Below, in pieces: positions 23,896-36,510 of a stretch of 64,000 bases of DNA (position 1 is its first letter; each line of letters begins with the position of its first letter). The DNA lies in assembly GCA_000708835.1 (NCBI GenBank), contig DF237146.1, positions 1 through 64,000 of the forward strand. Reading direction: 5' to 3'. The DNA is from Klebsormidium nitens (taxonomy: Eukaryota > Plantae > Klebsormidiophyceae). The notes beneath the pieces were generated by a model that had not been told where the DNA came from, did not search any database, and saw only the letters and a program-made list of their open reading frames with translations. The translations under genes were made by a program, and so were the position numbers.

Positions 23896-26800
23896 AGGGT
23901 GTTGAATGGTCCATCAAGGACCCCCCTCTCCTCACTTCACTCCGCATCAAGTGGTGGGGGCAAGATGGAGAGGGCACAACTTCCAGGCAAGGCCGCTGCC
24001 ACTGATGGTTCTTTTCCCCTATTGACAAAAGAAGCTCCACATGCCTGTTGCTTGCTGAAAGAAGGGGAAAAGGAAGGAAGGGGTAAACAAGGCCCCTCCT
24101 TGCGCCTGGAATGGACCATCACCTGCAAGCCCTGGGCCTTAACCTGCAAAGACTGTGATCTACGACCAAGTCAATGTAGGGCCAATAAGAATCACCGCTT
24201 ACGTCCATCTTGCAGGATCTATGCAAAGAGCAGTGCACACTTACTGACGTCAGCCACCAACCTGGTATTTCCAGCCATGTGTGGCCCAAAGAACTTGTCA
24301 TCCTACTTTCATGGTAGGTCCTATCTTCCGTTATCTCTGTCTCGATCTCCGCACTAGGGACGGCTACCTCCATTAGGCCTGCTCTTTGATGCTTTTCTTG
24401 ATTTGCGCTACAGTCCGCTTCAGTTTGCAGGATAAGAATTGACAATGCCCGAACAGGGTGGTCCAGCTAATGCGATTGATGCAATCAGGCCCCTCCATCA
24501 AATTCAGATTCCTTTGTCGGCTCTCACTTTGGAGATCGGCACAGTTGTTCCTGTCTCTATCTACCCCTACGTGTTGCCCTCTTTGCCACAGGCCTGCTAA
24601 CGCAAAAGCTAGAGTTTGGAGCTGAAATTCGTTTGGCTCCTTGCCTGCAGATATGCATAATCTGCCTGTTGAGATTACTAGCGGGTCAGGGCCGGCGAGG
24701 GTCGTTGGGAAAGCGGAGATTGACATCAGCGACCTGGTCCGAGTGAGCTCCATCAGTAGGTAAGTGCACGCTTATGCTAGGCCTGCTGAAAATCAGGCCT
24801 TCTTTGTATCAGACACTCGAGAAGTGTCGTATTCCTCTGCCTTAGTTAAGATACTGACCTTACCTTGGACGAGATCACTACTCTGGTAATCGTAGACTGC
24901 TGTAATGTTGCTTGGGCAAAGTTTGACAGATTTTCTCGACTTTTTTTTGCAGGAAGAATCCACTCATAGCTGGCCAGAGGACAGTTGGTGTGGTGCCACT
25001 CACTATCTCCGTCAATTTCTTCCCAACAGGTGAGAGCATCACGTGCCTCGCTGGGTTGCTGCTCGATTTTGAAGCAGATATGCTATTAAACTGATAATTG
25101 GAAACGCAAGTTGTGTGCTTGCGGGTTCTGCGGCTTATTGTTCGAGATGATTTCAAAGACTTAGCACAGATGGTTGCGCTCAAAGGCAACAGTTGGCCAT
25201 TTTAAGTAGAGCTGTGATGTCCGCTTTGAAGCTAAATACATTTACATCGACACTGATAGCGCAACTGACAACTGGACAAGAAACGCTGGCTATATCAGAA
25301 TGACCTGAAAGCATAGTTGGGCTTTCGCAACCAACCATGATCAACTGCTTTTGCAGATTGAAGACGTGGCCCTACCTATCTTTGTCTTTCACCTTGTAAT
25401 TGACAGCCTTACACCGCTCCGCCCAACCAATTTCTATTTCGCATGCTGCTTTGATAGCTAGCTTCGTTCGTTCCTTCCCCCTGTACAGTGGTAACCTCCT
25501 TCGAGCTGAATGAGCACCAGGCTGAGGCCGATACGCTGACGCCGGTTCTGCCGACCCCGCGCCTCACCACCTGGAGAGCTGCTGCAGCCAGCGGGTCAAA
25601 GACAGGGGTAGGGGGCATTCCGGCGGAAGAAAGCGGACCCAGCGGAATCGGTATCAGTCCCTTGGAAACCGGCATGGGACGACTTGAGCCCCCAGATAGC
25701 TCGAGACGAACTGAAGATGGGTCACAGGGGGTGGTTTCGGCGGCAAGTGACGTGGCAGGCGGGGTTGTTGAACAAGGGAACGAATTGCTGGGTCAGAGTG
25801 TGCTGATAGAGTCTGGGAACGGGGACGGGATTGCATCCAGTCGTGCGGCAGAACAACTAGGAGGGGACGAAATGCACTCAGATCAAGCGAAGGCTGCTGG
25901 GGATGAGTCCACTGCGCGGGCAAGCGAGCAGCCGGGGTTGGGTTCACCCGAAGTAACGGCTTTCCCAGATGTCGGAGAAAAGGCGTCAGAGGTAGCTCAA
26001 TTAGAGAGAGTGAACGAGGGCCCCAAGGGTCCAAGCAACCTTGACGCCGAGCTTAGGGCGCTGATCGCCAGGGCGGAGAAGCTCCGAGAGGCAATGACTC
26101 GAGCGAGCGAGACAGTTCCTGTCCCCGTGAGCAGCGCAGCCGCCCGGTTGGCCCGCCTTGAGCTTCCCCTGATCGGGAAAGACCGAGTACCAATCCCGCA
26201 GGCAGAGTCTATTTTTGCTGACGGGCGCGGCGGGCGGGAGAGAAACCCTCGCTCTAGTTTGCGCCGGATTGTGGATGTGCTTGACGAAGAAGAGGGGCTG
26301 GTAACTAGGTATGGGCCGTTCAGGCGGCGGGGGCGCTCGGTGCTGTCGCCCAGGCACTCTAGCAATGACTCATCGGACGGCTCCAATTGCACATCGGACG
26401 GCTCAGACGGTTCGTACGCTTCGGACAGCTGGGCAGAGCCGGACAGCGAGGATGACCCTCGCGGCGTCGCGGAGGACGAGCTTTTGAAGGAGCTGTTCTT
26501 TGCGGAGGCTGGGAGCGATCGGCGGCGGATCGCGGACGAGTCGAGCGACCAAGATATGGCTGGCGGGGCGGAGGCGCCAAGGGGCGAAGCAGGGGAAAGG
26601 CCCGGTTTGGCGTCGTCGGTCGAGCAGGCAACCACGGTCCGGATCGTGGTGGGCCATCTCGTACTGGGGGGAACTCTTGGTGGGGAGTCGGATCCCCCCC
26701 CCAGCTGCACACTCTCGATGCGCTTACCCGTCGTTCCCCCCGCCATGGCCGACGTTGCGGCCGTGCACCCCCCCCAAGCGATGTCCATCGTTCCGTCCAA

Positions 26801-29800
26801 AGTCAGCGCTAAGGGCCTCGTTTTCCGGCACAGCGCAGAGTTTCCGGTCCGGATGGCGGATCCGGACGTCCGCCAGCTGTGGCAGTTCGGCGAACTGAGG
26901 GTCGAGGCGCATTTTGGAAGGGGGGCGGTGCGTGTTGAGTGCCGGGGAAGCGTCTCTCTTGAGGATGTCCTGAGCAGTGTGCCCGCTTCGTTTCGGACCA
27001 GTGTCCCTTTGTATATTGAAGCGCGCGAGGAGAACGGGGAGAAGGGGCAAAGTCGGGGACTTCAGGAAACGAGAGACGGTTCAGAGGTTCCCCCGGGAGA
27101 GCCCGAGCCGGCGGAAGAGCGTAATGATTCAGGTGCTGAGGAAGTAGGGCGCAATGAAGGGGCGGCCATTTTGCAGACCGGAGGAGGGGCCCCTTCAGGC
27201 AAGAGAGGGGAAGCTGAAGAGGGGAGGGGCGCCGAGGGAGCGCCAGACGCTGGCAGCGACTGGCGACTCGACGAGGGAGTGCTCTTTGGAACACTAGATT
27301 TGGAGGTGCAGTTGCTCAGCAGCGGAAGGGGTGGCGCGCAGAAGCCAGCAGAGACTCCGGCGCTGACTGAGTTTTATGCGATAGACGACGGCAGGGAAAG
27401 CAGGGTAAGCCCGCCCCGCCTGCTTGTACAAGTCAAGTGTGTCGAGCTCTCGAGTGGCCGGCAGGAGGCCGAAAAAGCGAGAGAAGGAGAGGTCATCTTG
27501 GTCGCGAAAGCACCGAGATCGGCGGGCGGCGACGTGGAGTTGCGAGTGCATGACGGGGGTTTTGGGCGGGGGCAGAAGTTGAGTCAATTGAGAGAGGGCA
27601 TTGTTCCAGCGCCGAAGGAACTAGCTGGGTCCGCCATCGCAAGGCAGGAGGGGACGCTCGTCGTGGAAGTGTGGGAGCGGAGCCACGCGGGTGACGTCAG
27701 CGAGAGCCGCATGGGTGACGTCAGCGAGGCGCTCCTGGGGCTGGTCCGGGTGCCGCTGAGGCGCCGGGAGCGGCCGCCGAGGTTGCGGGGTTTGGAGGGT
27801 TCAGTCCAGGATCAACTGGTCGAGATCTGGGACCCGCTGACGGGTTTGAACCGGGGAGAAGTGAGAGTGACGGTCTGGCTCGGAAGCGCGGCACAGATTC
27901 AGCAGTTTGTGTGGGAGACTGCGGCGGCTGTGTGCATTCAGCGGTACGCAAGAGGCTTTGCTGCAAGGAAGCGGGTCGCCGCTCAGGTGGCCGCCCGGCG
28001 GGAAGAGGAACTAGGGATGGGGAGAGGCGCGTGCGTCAAGCACACGTTCCGCGTGACGGTCGTGGGCGCTGCGGGACTGCCCGCGGGGGAGGCCCTGTAT
28101 GACGTCAGCGGCGCACGAGCCGAAACGGAAGCCGACCCGTCCCATTCTGCAAAACATGCAGCTGCGCAGGGGAAGGCGACTAACCCCAGGAAGAAAGCGG
28201 TTACTTTCAAAGCGGACCCGCAGCATTTTGAAGCCCCTCCAAGGAATCTTCCGACTTCCCCCCTGAAAAAGTTGAAGTCCGCAGAAGCCTCAGGTCAAAG
28301 CCGCTCGGAAGCGCACCCTTCTCCGCCCGAAGGACACCGGTTCATTAAGTACTGGTTCCCGGGGGAAACGGAACCGCTGTACACACGGAACGTCGACTGG
28401 AGCGGAAGTCCCCGGTTCGGGGCTCAGGCGTGGCACAGCATAACCCTTCCGGTTGCGGAACGCATCGGCGATCATTTTGGGGCGGCGGCGCACGGGCTGC
28501 GGTTCGAGGTGTGGGACCGGGTGGACACGTGGCAGGGCGAGAGAGGGCCGGAGGAGTGCCACGTGGGTGCGGCGGAGTTGCAGATGGACGTGCTGCTGAA
28601 GGCTGCGGATGTGCGGCGACCAGCGAGTGGTCCGGAGGTGAGGAGCTGACTCGATTGACTTTCTTTGTTGTTGGGCCAACAGGATTTAGTCTGGTCATGA
28701 CACTGCCTTTGAAGAGATGGCTGTGCCGTAATTCGTCAATTGTTTGCTGTTGCGCTTCCAGAAGGATCTGCAGCTGGTATTGATCTGAAGGAACGCACTT
28801 CGTTCAAAGCGTTTTGACTACGTGGAGCTTTATCGAACAGCATCTGTCATTCATTCTGCAACTTGTTTCTCGTACCCGTAATATTGACCACCTTGCTTCG
28901 AAAGCACTGATTCGGCACTACTACGACAGGGGAATCATGAGTTCTGTAATGCTTGTCACTCTCTGCTTTTGGTCTTAGTTCTTGTCTTTATCTTCCCATA
29001 ATTGTGACGCTGTCTGTTCGCGACCGCTCGCTTTTAGCTCGCTCTTTGCGGTCGGGCTCTTAATTTCTCAGCTTCTGAACCATGTTTTGTCCTTGCTTTC
29101 ATCCTTGCTATCTAGTCCCGCCCCTCGCTCCCAGCTCCCAGTCTCTCTCATCGTTTCCCTGTTCTCTGCAGTTCAAGGTGACTGCTGAGCTGTCCCGATC
29201 CCGCCTGTTGCAGTCTTCCCTGTTTCCCGCAGCCTAGAAAGTCGTTTCGGATGGCCCCATATTTCCCCTTTCCTGTTTTCACCTTTTCCTCCGCAGGTCG
29301 AAAAGACGGATTTGAGCACTTTGCGGAACCCTCCCCGGACGCGCTTTCCGCCCGACTGCAAATATTCTAATCTACCACGCGAGCAGTCTTACAACACCTT
29401 CTTGCCCCTCGCTCTCAGCTGCCGTCCCTCATATCTTCCTCTTCCTCTGCAGTTCAAGAAGACGTTTGAGCTGCCCATCCGCCTGGCCGAAGGGATTCCC
29501 CCCGGGGAGGGCTTCCCCCGACTGCAAGTGGAGCTTTCCTACCAGGCGAGCGCCATATTCTTTAGATTTGTTTCGTTCTTGCAAAACCGTGTTCCTCTCA
29601 CGGTCTGTTTGAGCTTGGCATGCGGTTCTACCTCATCATTTGTGTTTCGAGAGTCCTGAAGCCGGACCTGAAGCCGAACGGAGTAGAGCATCACAAGCGA
29701 ATGATCTCTTCCTTCGTTTGCAAGGCTATGTTTTTCGCCCAAGGCTGCGATGAGCTTGGCATGCGGTCTATCTTAACGCTGTGTTTCGGGAATTCAAGAC

Positions 29801-32800
29801 TCGAAGCCAAACGAACTGGGGTGAACTTAAAAAACTAATAGCCCCTTGAATTCCACTGCAGGCGAGCGCGGTCTTCCAGCACCCCCTGGCGGACACGGTG
29901 TTTGCGCCCCAGGGACAGCCGCTGCCAGAATTGCCCATCAAGGCTGTTCTCGACATCAGAATCATCAGGGCGTCTGGCCTGCAGGTGAGCTTGCGGCTCT
30001 AGCTGACCGGTGGGCTCCTGCCATCCGCACTTCCTTGGATATGCTTGTTTTGGACGACTGAGTCTGACAGCTGGCCGTTACCTTCGAAGATGCAAGAGAA
30101 GTGCAAATTAGGGTGCATTCGTAGGAGAATGAATATTCTGGAACAGCTAGAAGGCCCTTCAGGAACGTCCAAGTGGAAGTTACAAAGCTCAGTGGCATCA
30201 GATTCATTGAAGTTCTGAAATGCTCTCGATAACCTGAGTCGCCACTAGATGGCGGTCAGGCTACCGTTGTCTTGATTTTCTTATAACCCTGAGGAGACTA
30301 TGCTCGCGACTCTGCACACGAAGTGATTCAAAAAAATGAGAAAAAAGTATTGTCTGCCCTCGTTGAGGCTGCAGGGTCATGCTTGTAGCTCCTACATGTA
30401 AGCAATTGAGACGATTTGTGAGGTATTCTTTCTGGCCCTGATAAGCTACAACCATTGCTTCTTCTGGAGACCCACTTGTGACCCCAGCGCTTCTTCTTCA
30501 GGCCGCTGTTGCCGCAGGCATCCCCACGGCTGAATACGGAAGCTGGAGTTCTTATACACGGTTGTCTCAGATTTGTCCTTCGTGAACCCTTTCTTTCTTA
30601 GTTCTCACAAGGTTCGAGTCACCCCTTTCCTCGAATCAAGACCAATCTTGGGTTTTCCAGGCCGCTGTTGCCGCCGCTATCCCGACGAGCCCCTCCCTCC
30701 GGACGGTTCTCCACTCGGGCGCCCATTCGTACGTCCGGCTGTCCCTCTTTCCGTCCAGCCACGAGCTCGAGCTGCAGTACCCCCCCATCCACACACCTCT
30801 GCAAGCCCAGACTTTTACCCCCCACTACGGGTTCCACCGCCGACTGAGCGTCACGGTTAACGAGGAGGTTTTGGAAGCGTTCAGAACGGGGGTGGCGGTT
30901 CTGGAAGTGTGGCACCACGCGCCGCGGTCGATGCAGGCGGAAGGGACGAACTCGTGGCTGGGGACGGTCAGCGTGCCGCTGAGCCAACTGGTGAAGAATG
31001 AGAAAGGTGGGCTTCTCCATTGTTGATAGCATAAAAGTCTCTTCCTAGCTTCTCACAATAATTCAGCATACGTCTTTGAACGACTCAGCCTGGCTCAGCC
31101 TACGCTCCCCTGTTCAACTCTGACAAGTTGGACAAATTTGGTGGCTGGGCAGGGTCAGGGTGCCGCTAAGTGAATGCCAAAGAACGAAGAAGAAGGACAT
31201 TAAAAACCCTACTCAGGCGCCTTTTGGACATGTGTGGACTTTTGTGTTATCTTTAGAATATCAGACGCGTTCCATCATCAGCTGCGGGCCCCGGAGTGAA
31301 AGGAACGAAGGGGTGGCTATGGCAATCAATCAGCCCGTGAAAGGACGAAAAGGAGGTTGGATGTCGGCTTTGACATCATCTCCCTGGAAGTTTTGAACAC
31401 CCTGCGCTGCTTACAGTGAAGTCAGTGGCGCTTGTCGCTGGGTATGGTAAGCTCTACATGTGCACTCACAAAAGGTTGAATTTCTGTTGTGAAGGCCACG
31501 TTTGGATGGTTGAGTCAAGGACCGCAAAAGTGGCGAGCGGGTTGCGTTGTGCTGGCAAAGTATAGCCCAGCAGAGCGTAAACGTATCTTCGTCATGCTGG
31601 TCCACCGCTTTCTTGGGCTGGTACCCTCTCTCGAGGCTTTTGCTGGGGTGGTAAAAACTCTCGGTTGAAGCCAATCCATCCCTCCTCCTTCTCCCCCAGG
31701 TATCAACGGATGGTACGACATCCTCTCGAGAAGGGGCGACATGGTTGGGGCCATCGAGCTGGACATCGCAGTCGCGGAGTGGCGGCCCCTGCCCCAGGCC
31801 GACGACCATGACGTCATCCTGACGTCACCGGAGCCCCTCTCCCCTCCAATTTCTCCCCCAAGCCGAGCCCCAAACACCCGGCCCCTCGAAAGCAGTCCCT
31901 CTCGCTTGCGGACGCATAGCCGGGGAAGTGCGAGCGCTGCCCAAAAAGAGCAGGAGATGGTAGCCCGGTTGACAGTGAGCGTCGAAGAAGTGGTTCTTCC
32001 GAAGGAGGGGGGTAAGGAGGGCGGGTTGCAAGAGCTGCTTGGCGGAAAGCGCGCCGCGCCGGACCGATTCTATGCGGTTCATGCGCGATACGGAGAGGCG
32101 GAGCCGTGTGTCAGTCGGGCCGTTCCGACTGCGCCGGAGGCACAGTCGACTTCGCGGGAAAACGACGCGCGGGGTTCTGGGGACGGGGACGAAAGGAGTG
32201 TTCTCCTGGAGCACACGTGCGAAGTGATCACGCCGTTCGACGATGCGTTTCTGGAACACCTCAAGCAGCGGCTGGCCGTGGAGGTTTGGCGGGTGGACAG
32301 CCCGAGGGATCCCTCTCGGGGCAAACCGACTTCCAGGGGGGAGAGACGGGAAAGGGGAAGGGACCGACTGGTGGGCACCGCCTACGTTGGGCTGAGCCCC
32401 CTGCTAGACCACGGCGTCGCAGACCTGCGCGTTCCGGCGGGGTCGGAAAGCGTTGGAGTTTCAGGGGGGGTCAGGACTTTTGGGCGACAGAAGACCGAAG
32501 CGCCCAAAACTGCGAGTTTGAGTGGGGCGTTCGCATTGGTGCATCCGGACTCTGCGAACCTGGGAAACGCGCGCGTGATAGTGCGGATTTTGCTGCAGTT
32601 GGCAGAGAGGCAGAAACCGGAGACGGACCCGAGCGGACACAGTCAGGAGGCCCTCGGATCTAGAAGTCGGTTCCAGGAAGCGTCTCCGGAACCGCTTTCA
32701 CCGGTGGCAGGAAGTGGGAGTCCCGAAGTAACGCTGGGTGTGGGTGACAGTCTGGAAGCTACATCTGAAGTAGAGTCGGAGGAAGGCCTCGGGGAGGAGC

Positions 32801-35800
32801 GGCAAGAAGAGGGAGGTTACGATGGGACGAGTCTGTCGCCCGAGCGGGGGTCGGAGGCTAGTGATGACGTGGACGAAGAGGATTGGCTGCAGCAGCGCGC
32901 GCTCCGGCGATCGGCTGAGCTGTTGCGGCGCTCGAAGGAAGCGCGGGCGGGGAAGCTGCGTAGCGATGACGGTTTAGAATTTAGAGAAGACGAGGGCGTT
33001 TCCGAGAGGGAGGGGGACGGACATCAGACCGGAGAGACGTCGGTGCGGTCTCCAGAAAGGGCGGCATTGTCAGTCCGCAGCGACGAGAGAGGTGACTCAA
33101 GACGGGCAACTAGGATGGAGGGAATTGGTGAAACTGATGCAAGCCGGCTGCTTTCGGAAGGGAAAGGGGAAGAGTCCGAGATCCCTAGGGGCCCAGCGAG
33201 GCGACTGGCAGGGCACGTGACGGTCACAGCTCCCCTGAAACGGGGGCCGGCAGGGAGAAGGGGCATGCCAACCACGGGTCCGAGGACAAGAGGCAGCGGC
33301 GAAGGTGAGTGTCATCTCTGCCCGTGGGTCGATCTTTTACATGGAACAAGGAGAATAGAACACGTGTAGTAGGTTCTTTAATTGATCTAGGGCAGCGAGC
33401 ATTCTGGGCGAAGTAGTGGAAGACGGGATGATTTTTCCGCGAAAAATGCGGTCTGCTTTGTTCCGCTCGGACTTGGTCATGCGCCTTAAAGAAAGAGGGT
33501 TTGCCGGATTCATAAGATATGAACGGGATACATGAGCAGGTAAAAAAGGCGTGCGTTTCTCGAGTGGAGCACAAGTCGTTCGTCGGGTCCACTGCTCGCC
33601 TCTCGATGTTTGGCTCTGTGTAGCGGACGTGTGATAAGTAGTCACAATTGACAGGTTTGAGCACCTTTTAAAGACAGCTGCACTGCTGCTAACTTAAACG
33701 TTTTGATTATTTCTGGTGTTTTGTCCTGGTCCTCGTCTGGGTTCAACGACTAGCTTTCTTCCTTCCTTCATCCAAACATCTAGCTGCTGGATAGGAAGAG
33801 GTTAAATGTCTTCATGTTTTTGCCAGCAAACGAATGCTTCCTCTTACAACATCATTGATGGTAGCGCCTCACAGTATCACCAACAGCTTGCTTTTTCCAC
33901 ACCGCAGAACGCCGGGAAAGCCTCTCCCAACACATGACGCCGGGTTCTACAGAAACGGGTCGCCCAGCCCCGGGGCAATCCCCCGAGCCCCTCCAAGCCG
34001 CCCCAACAGACGCGACAGCCCCCCTGCCGGACTCTCTTCCGACAGCTGCGCCCGAAATGGGCCAGTCAGTGCCCCCTCAAAGACGGGTTCTTCAAATCCC
34101 TCCGGAGCAACGTTACACGAGCGTCCGGGTCTGCATCGAAGCCGCCATGAACCTCCAGTTCACCGCATGTCACAGCCAGGCCGAGGAGGACTTCTGGGCG
34201 GGCGCCGAGACTTCCAAAACCCTAAAGCTTGCGCGCGCAGAAACGGGTACAACTTCCAGCCTTGAGGGATCGGAATCCGCCGGAACGGCTGGCTTTCCGC
34301 TGCGGAACGTCCCCCAGGGGCTATTCGTGAGCTACCGGTGGCAGGAGACGGGCGAAGTGGTGTGCAGCCCGTTGGTGGGTCCGAGCTCTAGTCCGAAATG
34401 GTATCACTCCCGTCACCTCCCGTTAGCCACGCCGTCACGGAACCGCCCGACCGACCGCGTCCTGGTGCTCAAAGCCTGGAAACGGTTACCCGAGCCGGGG
34501 TCCGGGGGTTCTAGCCACGTGGGCGGTGTGAATGCGCTCCCACTGCAGCTTGGCGCGCATGCGCGCGCGCAGGAGGCGGTGCCGTCCCCCGACCTCGACC
34601 GGTTGGTCGGCTGCGCGGCGATCGACCTCTCGCCGCTGTTTTTGGGGATGGAGGAATTGTGTGGCTGGTACACTGTTCACGATCTCCGGCAACGGTCGCT
34701 CGGGCAACTCAAAGTCGTCGTTTCCCCGGTGGATGTGATTCTGACGAGTTACCGGCCGGCGGACGCCGAGGGGGGGGAGGTTCGCCTGCGGAGCCCCCCG
34801 CAAAGGGGACCACCCGGGGGGGCGGGCGCGCGACGGGGGAATGAGGAGCTGACAACGGAAAATGCAGTCAGCCAGGAAAAAGCGGAAGCACTAATCGAGG
34901 AGTTCAAGCTGGAAAGTCAAGTGGAAGAGGAAACGTTAGAGGGAGGGGGATTGAACGAGGAGGAAAGCTTCGGAGAAGTGAGATGGGGTCGCGAGTCGAG
35001 CATGGAGGACGTCCGGCTGCGGCTCGAAGAGCTGCAGGAGATGTCGCGGAAGATTCTGGCGAGGCGGGGCCTCGATGAGAGGGGGGGCGAAGTGCCGGAG
35101 TCTGAGCCGGGGGTAGGAGTGTCTGGCGGGGGCGGGGGGGTTGCGGAAGCTGCTCGCGATAGGGGGCCCGAAGCGCTAGAATCTGGGCAGGGGGCCGAAG
35201 TGTCGTATCCGTACGAAGAGGTGGAAAAAGCGGGTTTTGAAGCTACGGTGGCCCCTGCCAAAGGTATCGAGCAAGACGCGAGCGGCGGTGTCAACCGGGA
35301 CGCCTGGCACGAAGGCAGCGGCGACGTGACACAGGATTGGCACGCTGAGGAAGGAGGGCTATTGGGGCACTTTTCGGCGAACGTGGACGTGTTTGCAGGC
35401 GGGGAAGGGTCGCCGGAAGAAGCGGACGGTGTGGAGTACGGACGCGACGATCTCGAGGGGGGACAGGGCGGGGACGGCTGGTCGGGGGATCCCCCAAGAG
35501 TGGCCGTTTCGTTTGAGATGGACGAGGGGGGGGACGGAAACGACGGGTGGGCTCAGGCGAGTCCTGCGGAAAGCAACAGCCCCGGACTAATGAAGGCGAC
35601 CGGAAGTACGTTTGGGGAAAGTTTTGCCTCTATTGACGAGGCTGTAACATTGAGCGACAGCGGCAATCCGGTTCCGGGTAAATTGGGAAGAAAGGCAGCG
35701 GCAGACTTCTCCATTGCTTCGGAGCGCAATGTGGACCTGGAAAAAGCGAAGAAAGCTGACGAGGAAAGTGGCGACATATCGCGAACTAGAGAGGACGGAA

Positions 35801-36510
35801 ACGGCACGGCTGAGGGCGTTCGAATCGGCACAAGCCAAAACCAGCCTCCACCGAGCAACTTCCGAGCAACCGACGCAGAAAAAGCAATCCCGGAAACGGT
35901 ACGCGGGCATGTCTCGGCAATTGGGAAAGGGGCGGAGGAATCCAAACCGCTGGCCCAAGCAATGGTTGTAGAAGAGCGGTCTGTGTTCGAACGACGTTCC
36001 GTGCTCGAAGAGCGGGCGGGCCCGTCGAACCAGCTTCCTCCCCGACCCCCCAAACGGGAGGGCGCTCCTAGCCGCTACCCGTTCACCCTCCACTCCAGCA
36101 TCACCTTCGTGCCGGCCCCTCTAAAACGTTTCCGCACGGGCCCCAGCGCCTTGGTCCCGAAAAGTCCGCCAGAGGGCCCATGGTCGTCTCAGGTCGTGCG
36201 GACAGAGCGCGACGAAGTGAAGCGCGTGAGTAGGCTAGAGGAAGTCGAGGGGTTTAGGGGGTTTAGTCGGCGAGTGGAGGCGGTCGTGTCCGCGGCCGCG
36301 GCGTCGGGGCCTGTTTGGCCGCACGGACATGCGACCAAGAAAGAGCAACTAGAGCGGAGTGGTAATTCTGAGCAGAGGATGAGGTTGGTGGCGCAGGCGG
36401 AGGTGGTAGAGAGCGACGGCGAGGGGCAGCGTGCGAGGACCAGCCGAAAGAGGTACGCTGATAAGGAGACGGAACGGATTGCACGTATAATGGGGTTGCG
36501 AAGTTTGTAG
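23896..36510 (+). CDS. C2CD3: C2CD3-like centriolar multi-C2-domain protein; exons 23896-23986, 24216-24313, 24651-24759, 24953-25029, 25489-28637, 29453-29545, 29862-29984, 30661-31006, 31700-33304, 33908-36510; first exon unresolved
   Basis: All listed junctions are phase-consistent with no stops. Motifs recalled from C2CD3: IKWWGQDGEGT, CGPKNLSSYFHDM, SFELNEH, IRIIRASGLQAA, LGTVSVPLSQL..KGINGWYDI, LVGCAAIDLSPLFLGMEELCGWYTV.D....LGQLKVVVSP and C-terminal ETERIARIM. IQ motif IQRYARGFAARK near 27936. Confidence 0.85.
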
